64,000 nt of DNA from Camelus dromedarius. Its lineage: Eukaryota. Positions 36,900 to 49,729 of the stretch are shown one piece after another. Position 1 is the stretch's first letter. Each line of letters starts with the position of its first letter. The notes beneath the pieces were generated by a model that saw only the letters and a program-made list of their open reading frames with translations, was not told where the DNA came from and did no database searches. The position numbers and the translations under genes were made by a program. The stretch spans positions 9,424,001-9,488,000 of the forward strand of contig NC_087456.1 of assembly GCF_036321535.1 (NCBI RefSeq), read 5' to 3'.

Positions 36900-37070
36900 C
36901 TCCAGCTCTCATGTAGCATTTATCCTCATTCTGCTTTATTTAGAGCTACTTATTTGTTTGCTTGTTTGTTTGTTTGTTTATGATTTATCAATCATAGTCT
37001 GATACTAGATTATCAGTTCTTGGAGGGTAGCGACAATTTCTTTCTCATCTCTGTGTCTCTTCTGGTACCT
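36900..37070 (+). mobile_element. L2 3' fragment
   Basis: ctagattatcagttcttggagggtagcgacaatttctttctcatctctgtgtctc. Confidence 0.6.
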
Positions 37071-38329
37071 GATCCTACTTTTCCTAGGTTTTCTTGAGTT
37101 GAACTGAGTGGAAGGCAAAAACTACTCTCAAACATAGTATAAAAGAATAGGCTATTTTCTTCTGCTCCTTAGGCAAAAAGCTATAAGAAATTTTTTTGTA
37201 GTTGTTCCACCAGAGAAAATAAAGTAGGGTCTTGCTAACTAATCCTAAGGGTTGTATCTCTAATTGGCCTTAATTGGCTCTTCCTAAACCCGGTGCCAAC
37301 TATGCAAGTTCGATTATAATATTCGTTTTCCATTCTCACCCCATCCAATATTTGCTTATACAGCCTATATTTAGAGACATTCTGCCTACCTGTGCTCTGT
37401 GAGTGGGTGGGTGGGAGTTGGCAGGGAGGAACGTGGGAAGGAGGGAGTTTGGGGGGAAAGTCACAGGCAATTGCAAAACAAAGGAAGAATTGTATACCTT
37501 GTTATTTGGGGGAAAAAGATAAGAAATATGATATCTTGATAGATTCTGTTATATTAAGTTGAGAAGAAACATTTCTTTCTCTGACTTTTCTTTAGCTGAG
37601 CCTTAGGGTCAGCAAAACAGAGCACAGTGTTGGCTGGTAGCTGATTTAATATTCAACTTTTGCCTAAATACAAGAGCAAGAGACAGAGGCTAGAATGCTA
37701 CCACGCAGAGTGATTCTGTTACCCATCTCTCAATAGTGGGACTTGAATAAGGAGAATTCTATTTACTTAATTGGTAATGAGTTTGTTGTAGCTCATTTAA
37801 GAGCCACATTGACTGCCTTGTTCACCAAAGAGATGTTCGGAGTTCAGCACAGAATTCTAAGGACGACTTGAGAACACGTGGATCTTCTGGGTACCTGACC
37901 TGGGAGCTTGATTCTGCTGCTTGGGATTCCTGGGTGCTCAAGGGATTCTGGGTTCTCTACACACACGTCCAGACTGCTTTGCCCTGTTCATTGGATACCC
38001 TGGTTCTCTTGGCACCAGCCTTCACGACACTTTCCACCATCATGAACATACACACACCCTTCTTTATATTTTGGGGTTCCTGGTCTAGATAGAGCAGCCA
38101 AGCACTGCTGATAAACTTTTCACAATCTAAAAAAATTTTGGCAGCAGAGGCAGGTGGGAGATAAGAAAGGCGCTCAGACCGGGGGAGCTGAGTTGGCCTC
38201 TACCTTCCATTGATATAGTACTTTGTGACTTCCCAAAGCCCTCATACAGTTATTTTATCATGATGGTATGGCAGCAAATAACTCTGCAACGTGATCCATA
38301 GACCTGAATTCCAGCCCTACTTCTGATGC

Positions 38330-38900
38330 TTTTAACTCATTTATTAAATATATTTTGAGTGCCTTCTACCCTCCTCAAAGCTCTGGGGGATACAAAGATG
38401 AAAAAGCCATCATCTTTGCCTTTGAGAGATTCAGCATTTAGTAGAGGAGCATGTAAACATGCAAGAAGTGTGATAAAAATACATCGTGATAATTCATGTA
38501 AAAGGGGACAGTACATGGCATTAGGTATATACCCAAGAAATGTAAGCTATTGTTCATACTCTTGCTTATATCATTATTAAGTGCTAACAGGGGTGTGTTT
38601 AATGTGCTGCAGGATCATAAAGGAAAATTTGTACCTGGGGTGCTAGGTGGGGACACAAGGGGAAGGCTTCACAAGAGACCCGCTTTTGACCTGAATCTTG
38701 GGAACCATCTGCTCAATGCAAGAATGCCTGGGAGAGTGAGTGTGTGCATGGATGTGTGCAGTTTGGCTTGGCTAGAATGTCGCAGGGAGGTTGAGTGATG
38801 AGAAAAAAAGGACCTCGTATGCTGGCTGAGGAATTTGGATCTTATCTTCTAGGTTGCAGGAATAAAAAGCCTTTCATATGCTTCAGCCAGATTTTCACTT
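38330..38900 (-). mobile_element. L2 3' region with a small embedded L1-like fragment (~38520-38560)
   Basis: ctcatttattaaatatattttgagtgccttctac...gggggatacaaagatgaaaaag...gctggctgaggaatttggatcttatcttctagg; embedded ttaggtatatacccaagaaatg is L1 ORF2-like. Confidence 0.6.
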
Positions 38901-39240
38901 CAGAAAGCTAACTCGGTGCCCTGGTTAATCATCTATACACCAACTGATGAACATCAATAGACCTCAGTTTTCTCATATGTCGTGGGCATGATGAGTCATG
39001 ACCTGCTCACCAGATAAACATGCTGCATCAAAAGAGAAATAAGGAGGTAATGTTCTCCTTGTTCATGATGTTTTCTTAGACGCACCTGACCGTGTGCCTG
39101 ATGACTCCCGGGTCTTTGCTTGTATCACCACCTTTTCCTTCTTCTATAGTGTAACTCCTTCCCACCTTCTTTGGACTTCTTCAACTTGTCAACATCTTCT
39201 TCTGGGCTCTGCTCAAGTTATTTCTGCTCTAAAAAGCCTT

Positions 39241-39755
39241 TTGCATTCATCTTCTATTGCTGCATTAAAAATCCCCACAGTCTTAACTTAAAACAACATC
39301 CATTTATTATCTCAATCTCTGTAGGTCAGGAGTCCAGGCACAGCTTAGACAGATTCTTTGTTCAGGGTCTTACAAGACTGAGGTCAAGATTTCTTTTAGG
39401 AGCTCGGGTCTTCAAGCTCACAAGGTTATTGGCATAATTCATTTCCTTGCAGGTGCAGGATGGAGGTCTCTACTTTCTTGCCGGCCATCAGCCCGGAGCC
39501 TCTGTCAACTACTAAAGGCTGTCTGTCATTTCCTGCCACATGGCTCTTTCAATGACATGACAGTTTGCTTCCTTAAGGCAAACAGGAGAGCATCTATTAC
39601 AGACTGGAATCTCTAACTTCTGTCTCTGACCACCAGACATTTTGTGGGAAAGGTTCACCTGATTAGGCCAGGCCCACCCACACTCAAGGTGAAGGAATTA
39701 CACAGGTTATGCACACACAGGGATGGGAATCTTCGGGCCATATTCTGCCAGCACA
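39241..39755 (-). mobile_element. MLT1E/F-like MaLR LTR
   Basis: tctattgctgcattaaaaatccccac...aacaacatccatttattatctcaatctctgtaggtcaggagtccaggcacagcttag...gattaggccaggcccacccacactcaaggtgaagg. Confidence 0.85.
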
Positions 39756-41064
39756 CATTTCCTGACTACCCTAGAGAAAAATTCACCTTGAAATTTTTCA
39801 AGTTCCTGTATGGTCTGTTACCATCCACTCCAGGTAAACATTCAACTGTATTCTTCTTCCTGTTGCACTTGAGCTGTTGCAGGAATAGTGTTTTCAACTT
39901 CCAGAGCCAGAAAGATGCCCTCCTGTTTTGGGGGTAGCTATTTGCACCCCCATTCATTGCTGGGGAGGCTGAAAACTTAAAAGGTGCTGGTGGTTTTTTG
40001 GTTTACTTTTTCCTCTTGTCTTGAAATTTGCCGTGCATATTTTCTTCCTTGGCATGCTAAAAATACACATAGCAATGACCTCGCAACGAAAGAATGCTCA
40101 AGGCCTCAGGAGAACCCACTGGAATCCCATCCCATGCCACATGCTATCTTTGTGGAAGCAGTTGGTGAGGTCCTGCAGATGGGAGATACCGAATTTTGGA
40201 GTCTCAGGGTAACTAGAGAAACAGCCTTATTCATGAACAGGAGTACGTCCTCTGCTTAAAACAACAAAACAAAACAAAAAACTTATTGTCTTTCAGTTAA
40301 TGCATAGCAGAAGCTTAACTAAAGCTTAGGTTCGCTCTGATAGGTGATCTACCTTTGAACTCAGTTCCTCTTTTTACTTTGGGGACTGGGCTTTAAAGGG
40401 GAACAACTTGATAAGCCCCAAATCAACCACCAAACATGTTATCTCTTGGGATTAACCTTCCAAAGAATAGGTGTAGTGTGTTCGGAAAACAAACACAGAA
40501 CAAATGCTGTTTGAGACAATCCACGTCCACCCAACTAACCAAGCTTGACAGGTCCTAAGAGACGATAAAGCATATGAACTACTTGCCAAGCATCTCCTTT
40601 TGTTAACGCTACCTCTGGCTACTGCACAGCCAGACCACTCAATGACGTTTAATGTTGAGTTTGGGGGAAAAAGAAAAAAAAGAGTTCTGTTCCTGTTTAT
40701 TTATTTCGCATTTACTGTAATGGCAGATTGTCGAGACAGGACAGTTAAATATATATGGGTGCGTGGCCTTGTCCTGCTCAGGTCTAAATTCAACCCACCC
40801 ACATTGTATATACAGACTGGTGTTTAAAGTTGGAAGATAGCTGTGTATATCCAGGGCAGACAGATGTATTGTGTATATACAGAAAATGTATACAGTAGAC
40901 TGCATGTCAATGTATACACTGAGAAATACACATGAGACCTGGTTGTTGCTTAGAAGAGCAGGGCTGAAAGTAGAAGGATGAAGGACTCCAAGCTTTTTGA
41001 GCCCTAATTACTATTCTGAGAGGCAGGAAACACTTGGTGGATGAAAAACTGTCAACCGTTCCTC

Positions 41065-41158
41065 TTTTTATTTTTTTTAAATGGAGGTACTGGGGATTGA
41101 ACTCAGGACCTCGTGCATGGCTAAGCATTCACTCTGCCACTGAGCTACACCTCCCCCC
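41065..41158 (-). mobile_element. Camelid tRNA-Ala-derived SINE (vic-1-like) with poly(A) tail and TSD
   Basis: Minus strand GGGGGGAGGTGTAGCTCAGTGGCAGAGTGAATGCTTAGCCATGCACGAGGTCCTGAGTTCAATCCCCAGTACCTCCATTT followed by an A-tail. A and B boxes visible. Flanks caaccgttcctctt / caacaattcctctt. Confidence 0.9.
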
Positions 41159-41419
41159 AACAATTCCTCTTAAACATAATGGTTTTATTATCTCCCTACG
41201 GCCACTCACAAGAATCTAGGTAATCTAGGACAGTGTATGACCCGTCCCTGGCTGATCATAGTTGTAACGTTCACTTAATTCAGAGCCCCAGACTAGGTGC
41301 CAGCCAGGCATAGGACTGCACGTGCTGAGTAAACATGCTGATGGATCGGTTGGCTGGGGAGAGAGAGGTTAGACCACTGCCGTCTTCCAGTGAAGACATT
41401 GTTAGCATTCAGAGGAAAT

Positions 41420-41600
41420 TAGAACTGAAAGCAATCCTAGAGGTTGTCTCACTAAATTTCTCCTTTTGCAAATGAGAAAGCGACTGAGATTCAGGTAAGC
41501 TGAAAATAGCTTGTGTAAAATCCGACCTCTGAATGGTGACTAAGAATAGCCTGGGACCCAGATCTTCTGATTCCTCGTTCACAGTGATATTCTTCCACTC
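41420..41600 (-). mobile_element. MIR (MIRc/MIR3-like) SINE
   Basis: ccttttgcaaatgagaaagcgactgagattcagg...gcctgggacccagatcttctgattcc. Confidence 0.6.
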
Positions 41601-42408
41601 ACTCACACAGAAAAGACCTTAGCACCGTCCCTTAGAACACTCACTAGGTGTTCGTTGAATGGCTGCTGGATGTGGGGCTAAGTGCCCTGCACGTAGAAAG
41701 TAATAAACAAACAAACAAAGGACTCTTCTTGCTCTGCATGGAGAAGCAATTTTCAGGGGCTTAAGGAAGTGTCTCCTACTCTTTGTTGTTGCCAGAATTT
41801 CTGCCACAGTGCTCCACTTCTTAGTTTAAGACTTAAGCACCTATTGACTTCAAAGCTAACTTGCCCTGAATAATCTCTAAGATCCATGGGCAACTCTTGG
41901 AGTAGAACTTTGAAAATTTTGTATTTTGGGGAGCAGGCGTAGTCTAATTCTCACGCACATACAGAAAGCTGACTTACAAAAGGCATCCAGATTCAAGAGA
42001 CCGCATTCACAAAAAGCAATTCAAATCACATCCAGTGAATTTACAGGAACCCATGTGACTATACTGTGCTGCAAGAATAAAATGGTAATAAAGGGTGTAA
42101 AAAAAAAAAAAAAAGACTTAAGCATCTACCGAAATGGAGTTATCTCTGGAAGGGCCATCACCTTCACCCTGCTCATATTTACCCTCAATCAAATAGGTGA
42201 TTTTATCAGACTCTCTTCTGATGTGGAAGGGAAGGTGGGGGATGTCTGAGAGTTGGAGAGAGAGGAGAGACTGAAAAGAAGGATGGTGGGAGGATGGGGA
42301 TGAAAAAAATTCACTGAATCATAGTTTTTCCAGAGTCTTAGATTAATAGTGAAAACAGTATTATATGGGTTTTCTTGGGGTGTGGGATTGGAAAGGATGG
42401 AGAATGGC

Positions 42409-43276
42409 TGTGATAGGTTTCCACTGACTCTAGCTTTCCATCCTTTGAATCCGGTTGACTCTGTGACTTGCTTTGCCCAAGAGAATGTGGAAGAAATAAT
42501 GCTGTTCTGGTCTTGAGCTCGAGCCTGGAGAAGACCTGCATTCTTTTTCTTTTTCTCTTGGGGTGTCTGTAAGCACAGTCATGTGAACAAATGCAGGCTA
42601 GTCTTCTGGAGGATGAGAGAACCATGTGGAACAGAGACAAACTATGCCAGCCGAAACGTCTTAGATTATCTAGCCTATTGCCAAATGTGATGGGCTGAAC
42701 TGTGTTCTTCCCAACATTGATATATTGAGGGTCTGACCCTAGAATCTCAGAATGTAAGTGTATCTGGAGATAAGTCTTTAAAGAGGTAATTAAGTTCAAA
42801 TGAAGTCTTTAGTTTGGGCCCTAGTCCAGTATGACTGGTGTCCTTTAGGAAGAGGAAACTGGTACACAGATATGTGTGTGCACAGGAGAAAGACTGCATG
42901 AAGATACAGGAAGAGGACGGCTATCTGCAAGCCAAGGGGAGGGGCCTCAGAAGAAATCAACCCTGCTGATACTTTGATATTGGACGTCTGTCCTCCAAAA
43001 TTGTGAGAAAACACATTTCTGCCCTTTAACCCGCTCAGTCTGGGGTACTTTGTTATAGCAGCCCCACTGAACTAATAGATACCAGCCTAGCATCTAACTA
43101 TGGATGCATGGACACGATTTGCCAATATCAGTCAAGCCTGGCTCAGACTAGCAGAGCGCCGAACTGATCCCAGCCCAAATTGCCCATCCATACAATTGTA
43201 ATATGAACAGGTGGTTGTTCTTTTAAGTCTCCAACTTTCAGAGCGGGTTGTCAAACAGCAGTGGATAACTGATACA
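42409..43276 (+). mobile_element. Older MLT1 (G/H-like) LTR hosting a nested younger MLT1 LTR
   Basis: Left arm ctgtgacttgctttgcccaagagaatgtggaagaaat...ggatgagagaaccatgtggaacagaga; right arm ...ctgatcccagcccaaattgcc...gttgttcttttaagtc...gcagtggataactgataca. Confidence 0.8.
42686..43079 (+). mobile_element. Nested MLT1A/B-like LTR, full length
   Basis: tgtgatgggctgaactgtgttc...gagataagtctttaaagaggtaattaag...gcctcagaagaaatcaaccctgctgatactttgat...ttgttatagcagccccactgaactaataga. Confidence 0.9.
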
Positions 43277-43365
43277 ACGGTTAAAAGACCCACCGGGCAT
43301 CCTGCTGCACGTGCTTTTCGCTGAGCTGGTTCACAGAATTCATAGCATTTCCCCACTGGTCTCTC

Positions 43366-43383
43366 TGTGTGTGTGTGTGTGTG
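43366..43383. repeat. (TG)n microsatellite
   Basis: Pure TG tract. Confidence 0.9.
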
Positions 43384-43904
43384 AAAAAGTCTTTTATTAG
43401 AACAGAGTTTACTCTTCATTGATGTAGCCCTACCAATCTTCTATCCCAAGCATCTACACCATCAACAAGAAGTGAGTTATAACTGCTGCTCTTCTGTTCT
43501 CCACCCTTTCTCAGTTGTGCTCATTGTCTCCTAATATAAAGTGCTTCTCAGCCGAGAGTCCACCAGCTTACTTGAGTTGTGCCAGAGCAACCATCAGAAA
43601 CCAGATTATTATCCACAAGTGCCATGGAAGAGTGACCTGACACGGTGATGCAGGAAGGAAAGGTCTTGCCTATTGGCATTGAATGCCTCTCGGTTGCATT
43701 TCTATGTTGGCCTACTTACATGTCTTTTGGGAAGGTCTTCGGGCAGATATTTCCTTATGTATACAATGTGGCTAACAATATGTACTTACAGGGTTGGTGT
43801 TACATACTGTAAATTCATATAATTTCAAATAGCCCAGAATTCTGTATATAGAAGACAGTCAATGTAAATTTTCTTTCTTCTCTATTCTGCCTCTGCTGGG
43901 AGGC

Positions 43905-44040
43905 TCAGATTCACTTAGTCACTAATGTTAGTTTCGTGCTAAGTGCCAGGCACTATTTTAGGCTCTAAAAAGACAGTGATGAGCCAGCCAGACAATGTCC
44001 CTGCTCTCATGGAGATTACATTCTGTTGGGAATATAAAGG
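43905..44040 (-). mobile_element. L2 3' fragment
   Basis: gtgccaggcactattttaggctct...acaatgtccctgctctcatggagattacattctg. Confidence 0.8.
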
Positions 44041-46134
44041 GGTTAAAATCTATCTATTTACCTTTCTACCTTTTTCTTTGTCTGCCTATCAATCTGTTAT
44101 CTATTAAACAATTGTAGGGAGATCACAGAGTGGTGAAGGCTGGGCTCTCATTCGTTAATTTTTCATCAGAACAGCTTTTCTTCTGTTTGCTGTAGAAATT
44201 GAGTAAGATTTGGTTTGAAGAAAGGGTTACCTTGTTAAAAAAAAAAAAGTTTTTGAAAACCACTCTGCTGGTTCATTTGCCATCAGAGAATTCCGTGGTT
44301 TTCCTCAAGTAAATGATTTCAATATTTAACTCAACTTACTACTTTAACTTGAAAATCTCTCAAAAATACACAGCATATAAAAAGAAAAAAATTTAAAAAG
44401 TATGGCACACTTCTTCTCATATGTTGAGCAGTGAGTACGTGGAACACAGGGCTCACTTTTCTCAGTGGTTCCAAATGCTCAGCCTCTTTGAATCATTTGA
44501 CAACGCTAACATCCTATTTTCCCAAAGGTTCCTAGGTGTTCACACACTGAATTTTTAAGTTTTCTTCCTACTTTTTTGGACCATTTTCTTCTATTTCCTT
44601 AACCTGCTCTCATTTTTTCTCCTACCCCTTTAAATTCACTGAAATTCCTCCATGTTCTTTATTCTTTATCAAAATAATTCTTCTCCCTTGTTCCCAACAA
44701 TCTTCTCCTTGCAGATGGCAGGTGGACCCTGATTTCATATCTCTCAGCCCATTTCTCCACGGAGAATAAAACATTTCTTAGGGGCACACGTGGGCTCCAG
44801 AGGTCCTCGAGTTCTCTTTATCTGCTAAATTGTTTCTATTTCATTAGTTTTTCTTTCAGGGGTATTCTCTTATTCTTTTGATTGAAACAAATTCCTTTTT
44901 CTTCTAATTTTGCTGAACTTTCCTGTCTCCATGAAATTAGGTGAAACAGTTACCAACTGTGGTCTTAAAGGGGTGTCCTTGTGTGGGGACATCCCTGTAC
45001 AGTCTGCATGTGCCCAGTGGCTTTGGTGAGAGAGCTGGATAGCAAGTGAACCCAAGTCACTTCTTTCCTCAGGGTGTGCTGGCAGCTGTCACCTTGGTAT
45101 GATGTGGGGATGGAGATGGAGGTGCTAGGGACAGTGCGAGGTGTGAGCCTCTGGTCAGTGTCCATCATGCCTTATTAGGGACAGGGCAGGGGTAGGTTCC
45201 AGGATTCTGGAGCAGAAGCCCTGAAGGTTGGGTCCAAGCTGGCTCTGTCCCTTTAAGGGTGTGTTCTCCCTCCTCCCAACACCAGCACCTTGCCCCAGAG
45301 GTGAACTGTGCTGGAGCAGGAAAGGTGTTTTGGGGGCTCAGTGTGGGCCGGGGCACAGGCTGTGGTGGCCCAGCCACAGTCAGAGCCCCGGACTGCTTTC
45401 CATGGGCTGCCTGTGTAAGCGCCAGTAACGGCTGCCCCCTCCCTGCTCAGGTGCCTCTCCGGGTTTGAGCTGCCTTTACGCTTTACAGCGGCGCTCTCTT
45501 CCAGGCTGGGGCAGCCTCCCCTCCAGTGTGGAGCTGCATCGTGAGGTAAGAGGGGCGTAGGCCAGGGCACACTGCTGGGGGGGGGGTCATGGGAAACCAG
45601 CCAGGTAGCCAAGGAGTTTCAGTTCGCCCTCTCCACCCTGTTTGTGTAGTAAGCAAGCATGTGTGCCCTTCTCACAAGTGGAGCCCAGGCTTCCCGCAGC
45701 CCTCCTGTCCGTCAGTCAAGACCCAGGGCTGGGAAGCCCAGTGTGTGCCTCGAACCGCTCATTCCCCAGCGAGGATCCCCACCTGTGTAACTCCCCTCCT
45801 CTTCTGAGTCCCCTCCAAGGGGCCCAGGTTTCGACCTGATTGCTTCTTTTTTCCTTTCTACCCCATTCCATGCGGATCTTTCTTACAGCTTTTGTTACAT
45901 GGGAGTCTGTCTGCCGGTCTCCAGTTAGTTTTCAGTGACTTTTCCACATGCAGGTATATTTTTACTGCGTTCGCAGGGTAGCTGAGTTCTATGTCCTCCT
46001 GCTTTGCCGTCTTGATCCTCCCTCCCCAACTTGCCTTTCTGCGTTACTCTAAACCTCTGACTTTGAGCCCACCTTGTGCTCAAAAAGTCTGTTTTTTGCC
46101 CTACAAGCCATAGACTAGGAGAGGTTTTCATGTT

Positions 46135-47010
46135 ACATTTACTTGACAAAGGACTTGTTTGTAGCCAGAAGAACTCTTACAATTCAGTAATAAGGAAGTA
46201 AGCATCCCAATTAAAAAAATGGCTGAATAATTGCATTCACAAGAAGCATGTACAAATGGCTAATAAGCACATAAAATGAGCCGACATCATTACGATGCGG
46301 CACAGCGCATTCTATAAACCGAACAGAATTAGCGAAATGAAAACTGACAACCCCAAGTGCTGGCAAGGCTGCGGAGCCACTCGGATTCTCACACACTGCT
46401 GGTGGGAATGGGAAATGATTTAATGGCTTCGGAAACTAGTTTTACAGTTTCTCATTAATTTAAACGTGTACTTAACATTCGACCCAGTAACTTCACTCTG
46501 AGGTATTTTACCCCAAAGAAATGAAAGCATATGTCCTTACCAAAATGTGTATCTAGATGTTCGTAGCAGCTTTATTTATAACAGCCCTAAACCAGAAACA
46601 GTTCAAATGTTCATTAAATGGTGAATGAATAAACTAATTGTAATATATCCAAAAATGGAATTCTAGGAAGCATTAAAAATGAATGAACTGTTGAGCTATA
46701 TAATAACTGAGATGAATCTTAAAAATACTATGCTGAGTGAAAGAAACCAGACATGAAAGATACATTTGGTGTGATTCTATTTATATAATATTCTAGAACC
46801 ATCACAGCTAATGTATAATGAGAGAAACAGATATGTGGTTATCTGGGGTGGCTGCGACTAACTTCAAAGGGACATGAGGGAACATTCTGGGGTGATGGAA
46901 TGATTCTGTCTTTTTGGGTTGGTAATTACATGAGGGTATACTTTTTATCAAAGCTCGCTGGGTACATTTTATTGTATGTAATTACACCTGCAATAAAACT
47001 GATTAATAAG
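46135..47010 (+). mobile_element. Ancient L1 3' end (L1MC/MD/ME-like)
   Basis: actgacaaccccaagtgctggcaaggctgcggagc...cacactgctggtgggaatg...cccaaagaaatgaaagcatatgtcc...gggacatgagggaacattctggggtgatggaatg...attacacctgcaataaaac. Confidence 0.9.
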
Positions 47011-47149
47011 TAAAAAAATATGTTGTACTTTATTTCTGGCATTTACCTGTAGAGAACTCTTTAAGCCCTCACTCACACACTATTTACTTTAGTTTAGATA
47101 AACTGGAGAATCTATATTACATAATTTCCTAGTCCAGATGAGATCAATA

Positions 47150-47362
47150 TCCACAGCATGCACTTGAGCCAGGCTGCCTGGTTTGAGAGCTCTGCCACTA
47201 ATGACTCTGGGCAAATTAACTTCCCTGTGTCATAGATTTCTCATTTTTACAATATGAGGATAACAGTACTGTCGCTCTCATTGGGATTTCATAAGCGTTA
47301 CGTGTATTGATACATGTAAAAAATGTAACACAATGTTTGGTATATAGTAAGCACTATATGCA
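47150..47362 (+). mobile_element. MIR SINE
   Basis: gagccaggctgcctggtttgagagctctgccactaatgactctgggcaaattaac...tttctcatttttacaatatgaggataacagtac...tatatagtaagcactatatg. Confidence 0.8.
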
Positions 47363-47599
47363 ATTTTTTTTTTTTTTTACTTTGGTGAACTCTTCCCAAA
47401 ATGTTTGTCATATTCTGACCTGAATTTGAGCTTTTTATCTTTATGTGCTGTCCCTATTTGATTGTAAGCCACTTGAAGGCAAGGAACATGTTTTCTTCCT
47501 GTTGTCTCCCAAAGAGCCAACCACGGTATTTCGAATAGTTGGTTGAAACTTTATTCCACTATTATAAAGTGCCCAAATAATGCTACTACTAGAAGCCAA

Positions 47600-47765
47600 T
47601 AACATGTGACTGCCTGTTGCATGTGAATACACCATTTAATCTTCAAAATAACCTGGCAATATAGGTATTATTATTAATTCCACTTCAGATATGAGGATGC
47701 TAGCATCAGAGAGGTTAAGTGACTTGCCCAAAGCCACACAGCTAAAGAGAGAGGCTGGATTTGGT
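47600..47765 (-). mobile_element. MIR SINE
   Basis: catttaatcttcaaaataacc...cagatatgaggatgctagcatcagagaggttaagtgacttgcccaaagccacacagcta. Confidence 0.85.
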
Positions 47766-48129
47766 TGCTCTTTTAGGGCCTTGTAGTTTTATAGGCCTAT
47801 TTTATTCTCTGCTAAGAAGCCTGGCATGGCTTTATTTCGTGTCTTCTTGAGTTTGAGTTTTATGTGTTGTTTTCTTTCCTCTCTGTTCTCTCTACCTCTT
47901 TTTTCATGCCAGACTTTTCTCATTGTCCATGTACCTGAGACTTGAATCTAGCACTGCCCCCTCCCTACGTTCAGTCACTTCAACTTTATGATAACTTGAT
48001 GGTCACAAAATTGTGTAATTCACTTTGTTTGAATTTTGTCTAAAACAAGAGTAAATAGATTTGAGGGAGGGCAAAGGGAGTTTTCTCATATATAAAATAT
48101 TGTAATTCTAGGGCAAGAACTTTTCTGTA

Positions 48130-48410
48130 AACTTTTTAAAAAATTGAGCTGTAACCTAGAGCCAAGTGCACAAATCATAGGTACATAGCTCCATGAATTT
48201 TTACAAAGCAAATATCCATGCAACCACCACTTAAATCAAGATGTAGATAATTGCTAGCAGCCCAGAATTTTCCTTTGTTTTGGGAAGGGATTTTTTTGAC
48301 ACATTATGATTCAGAGTTCTTCTTTGCTTATGCCTGTGTTCTGGATGGCTGCACTTCTGAATAAGTGAGTTAATATTATTCACTCATTCTAATAGTCGTA
48401 TTTTTTCAAC
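48130..48410 (-). mobile_element. Ancient L1ME-like 3' fragment
   Basis: aagtgcacaaatcataggtacatagctccatgaatttttacaaagc...catgcaaccaccacttaaatcaagatgtagataatt. Confidence 0.75.
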
Positions 48411-49729
48411 TGCACTGTATACCTCTGAGGTACACAGATAATAGAACCATGGCTTAGACTTCTTTTAGTTCAGGCAAGTATACTGCACAGAGGTAGGAGT
48501 TGGGGGGAAGAGTTGGGTAGGTGGGTTATGGGGCTATTGAACTCAGTGCTCCCAGAATTGGCTCTTTTCTGTGGGACCAACTCACTCAGGTTGACATTGC
48601 TCCAAGCTCGGGCAGCACTGATTTGCAGATGAGTGCATCCCCTAAATCTGGTTTCTGGCCACACCGTTTTGCAGCCCCCAAAGCATCCTTGAAAACAGCA
48701 AGTCTTTCTGTGTGGACATCATATCACCTGCCCTGTGACTGTGTCTCTCTCATTCTCACTATGTCCCTTTGATCCACTAAAGATGTCCTTCTGTATACTT
48801 CTGATGAAAATAAAATTAAACCTGGGGAGTAGGGCAGGGGAGGTTGGGACCAGAGCAAGAATGTGTTGCCTGAGGCCTTGGCTGGGCTGTCTTCCAGCAG
48901 CTGAGTGTCTGCTCTGGCCAATGGGCCTTTGGAAGGGCAGCCCCGGGAAAGGACTGGCTGATGAGCACTGAGAGGGCCCCCAGCTCCCACTGCTGCGGGG
49001 GCCGGATATCTGGGCTGTACTTTGAAGATTAGCTGCCAGATCTCCCGGAGCAGGGAGGGAGGAGAGGAGCTGAGGGCTTTCAGGAGACTTTTATCACCTG
49101 TTCTGTCCTTCAGTAAACAATGGCCTTATGCTTTTGTCTCCTCTTTGCTTTCATATGATGATTCGGTGATGAAATAAGAAGCCCTTGGCAGATTCAGGTG
49201 TGTCCTAAGTAAACCATCCCTGTGAAAGGGTTAAATTTACTCAGAAGTTACCTGGAGAGTTGTAAGTAGAAAGATCCTTATGAATTCAAACCTCACCCCC
49301 TTAAGGTTAGCTCTGGAGAAAGAATCTTCATTTGGGAGGGGCCACAGGCCAAGAGCTATCCACGAGGCCATGCCTGGGGTCCTCTGGCTTTGGGATCTCC
49401 CAGCACTAGCTTGTTCTGCCTTTCTTCTTTGGTCTAAGGCGGGCCCAAATGCCTTTGCTGGAGCCCCTGCCCCCTTATAGGCCAGATGGACCTTTGGAAA
49501 GGCTTTACTAAACACTAAGAGTGAGGATGGGACATATAAGACATATTTTAAATAACCTGACTGGCTCCTGTACGGGTACCTGATGCTACTTTATCCTCCC
49601 TGAGGGCTGCACCGGAAGCCCTTGCAAACTTCAGGTGGCCCTTTATCTGGAATTCTGACCTCTTATGTCTTATTCTGCATCTGCATGGGGGGAGGAGCTT
49701 GCTGAGAAATGAGAATGAAACACCTGCCC

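Noticed and set aside
41075-41158. Functional tRNA-Ala gene
   Set aside because: The poly(A) tail, TSD, extra anticodon-loop base and stem mismatches indicate a retroposed SINE.
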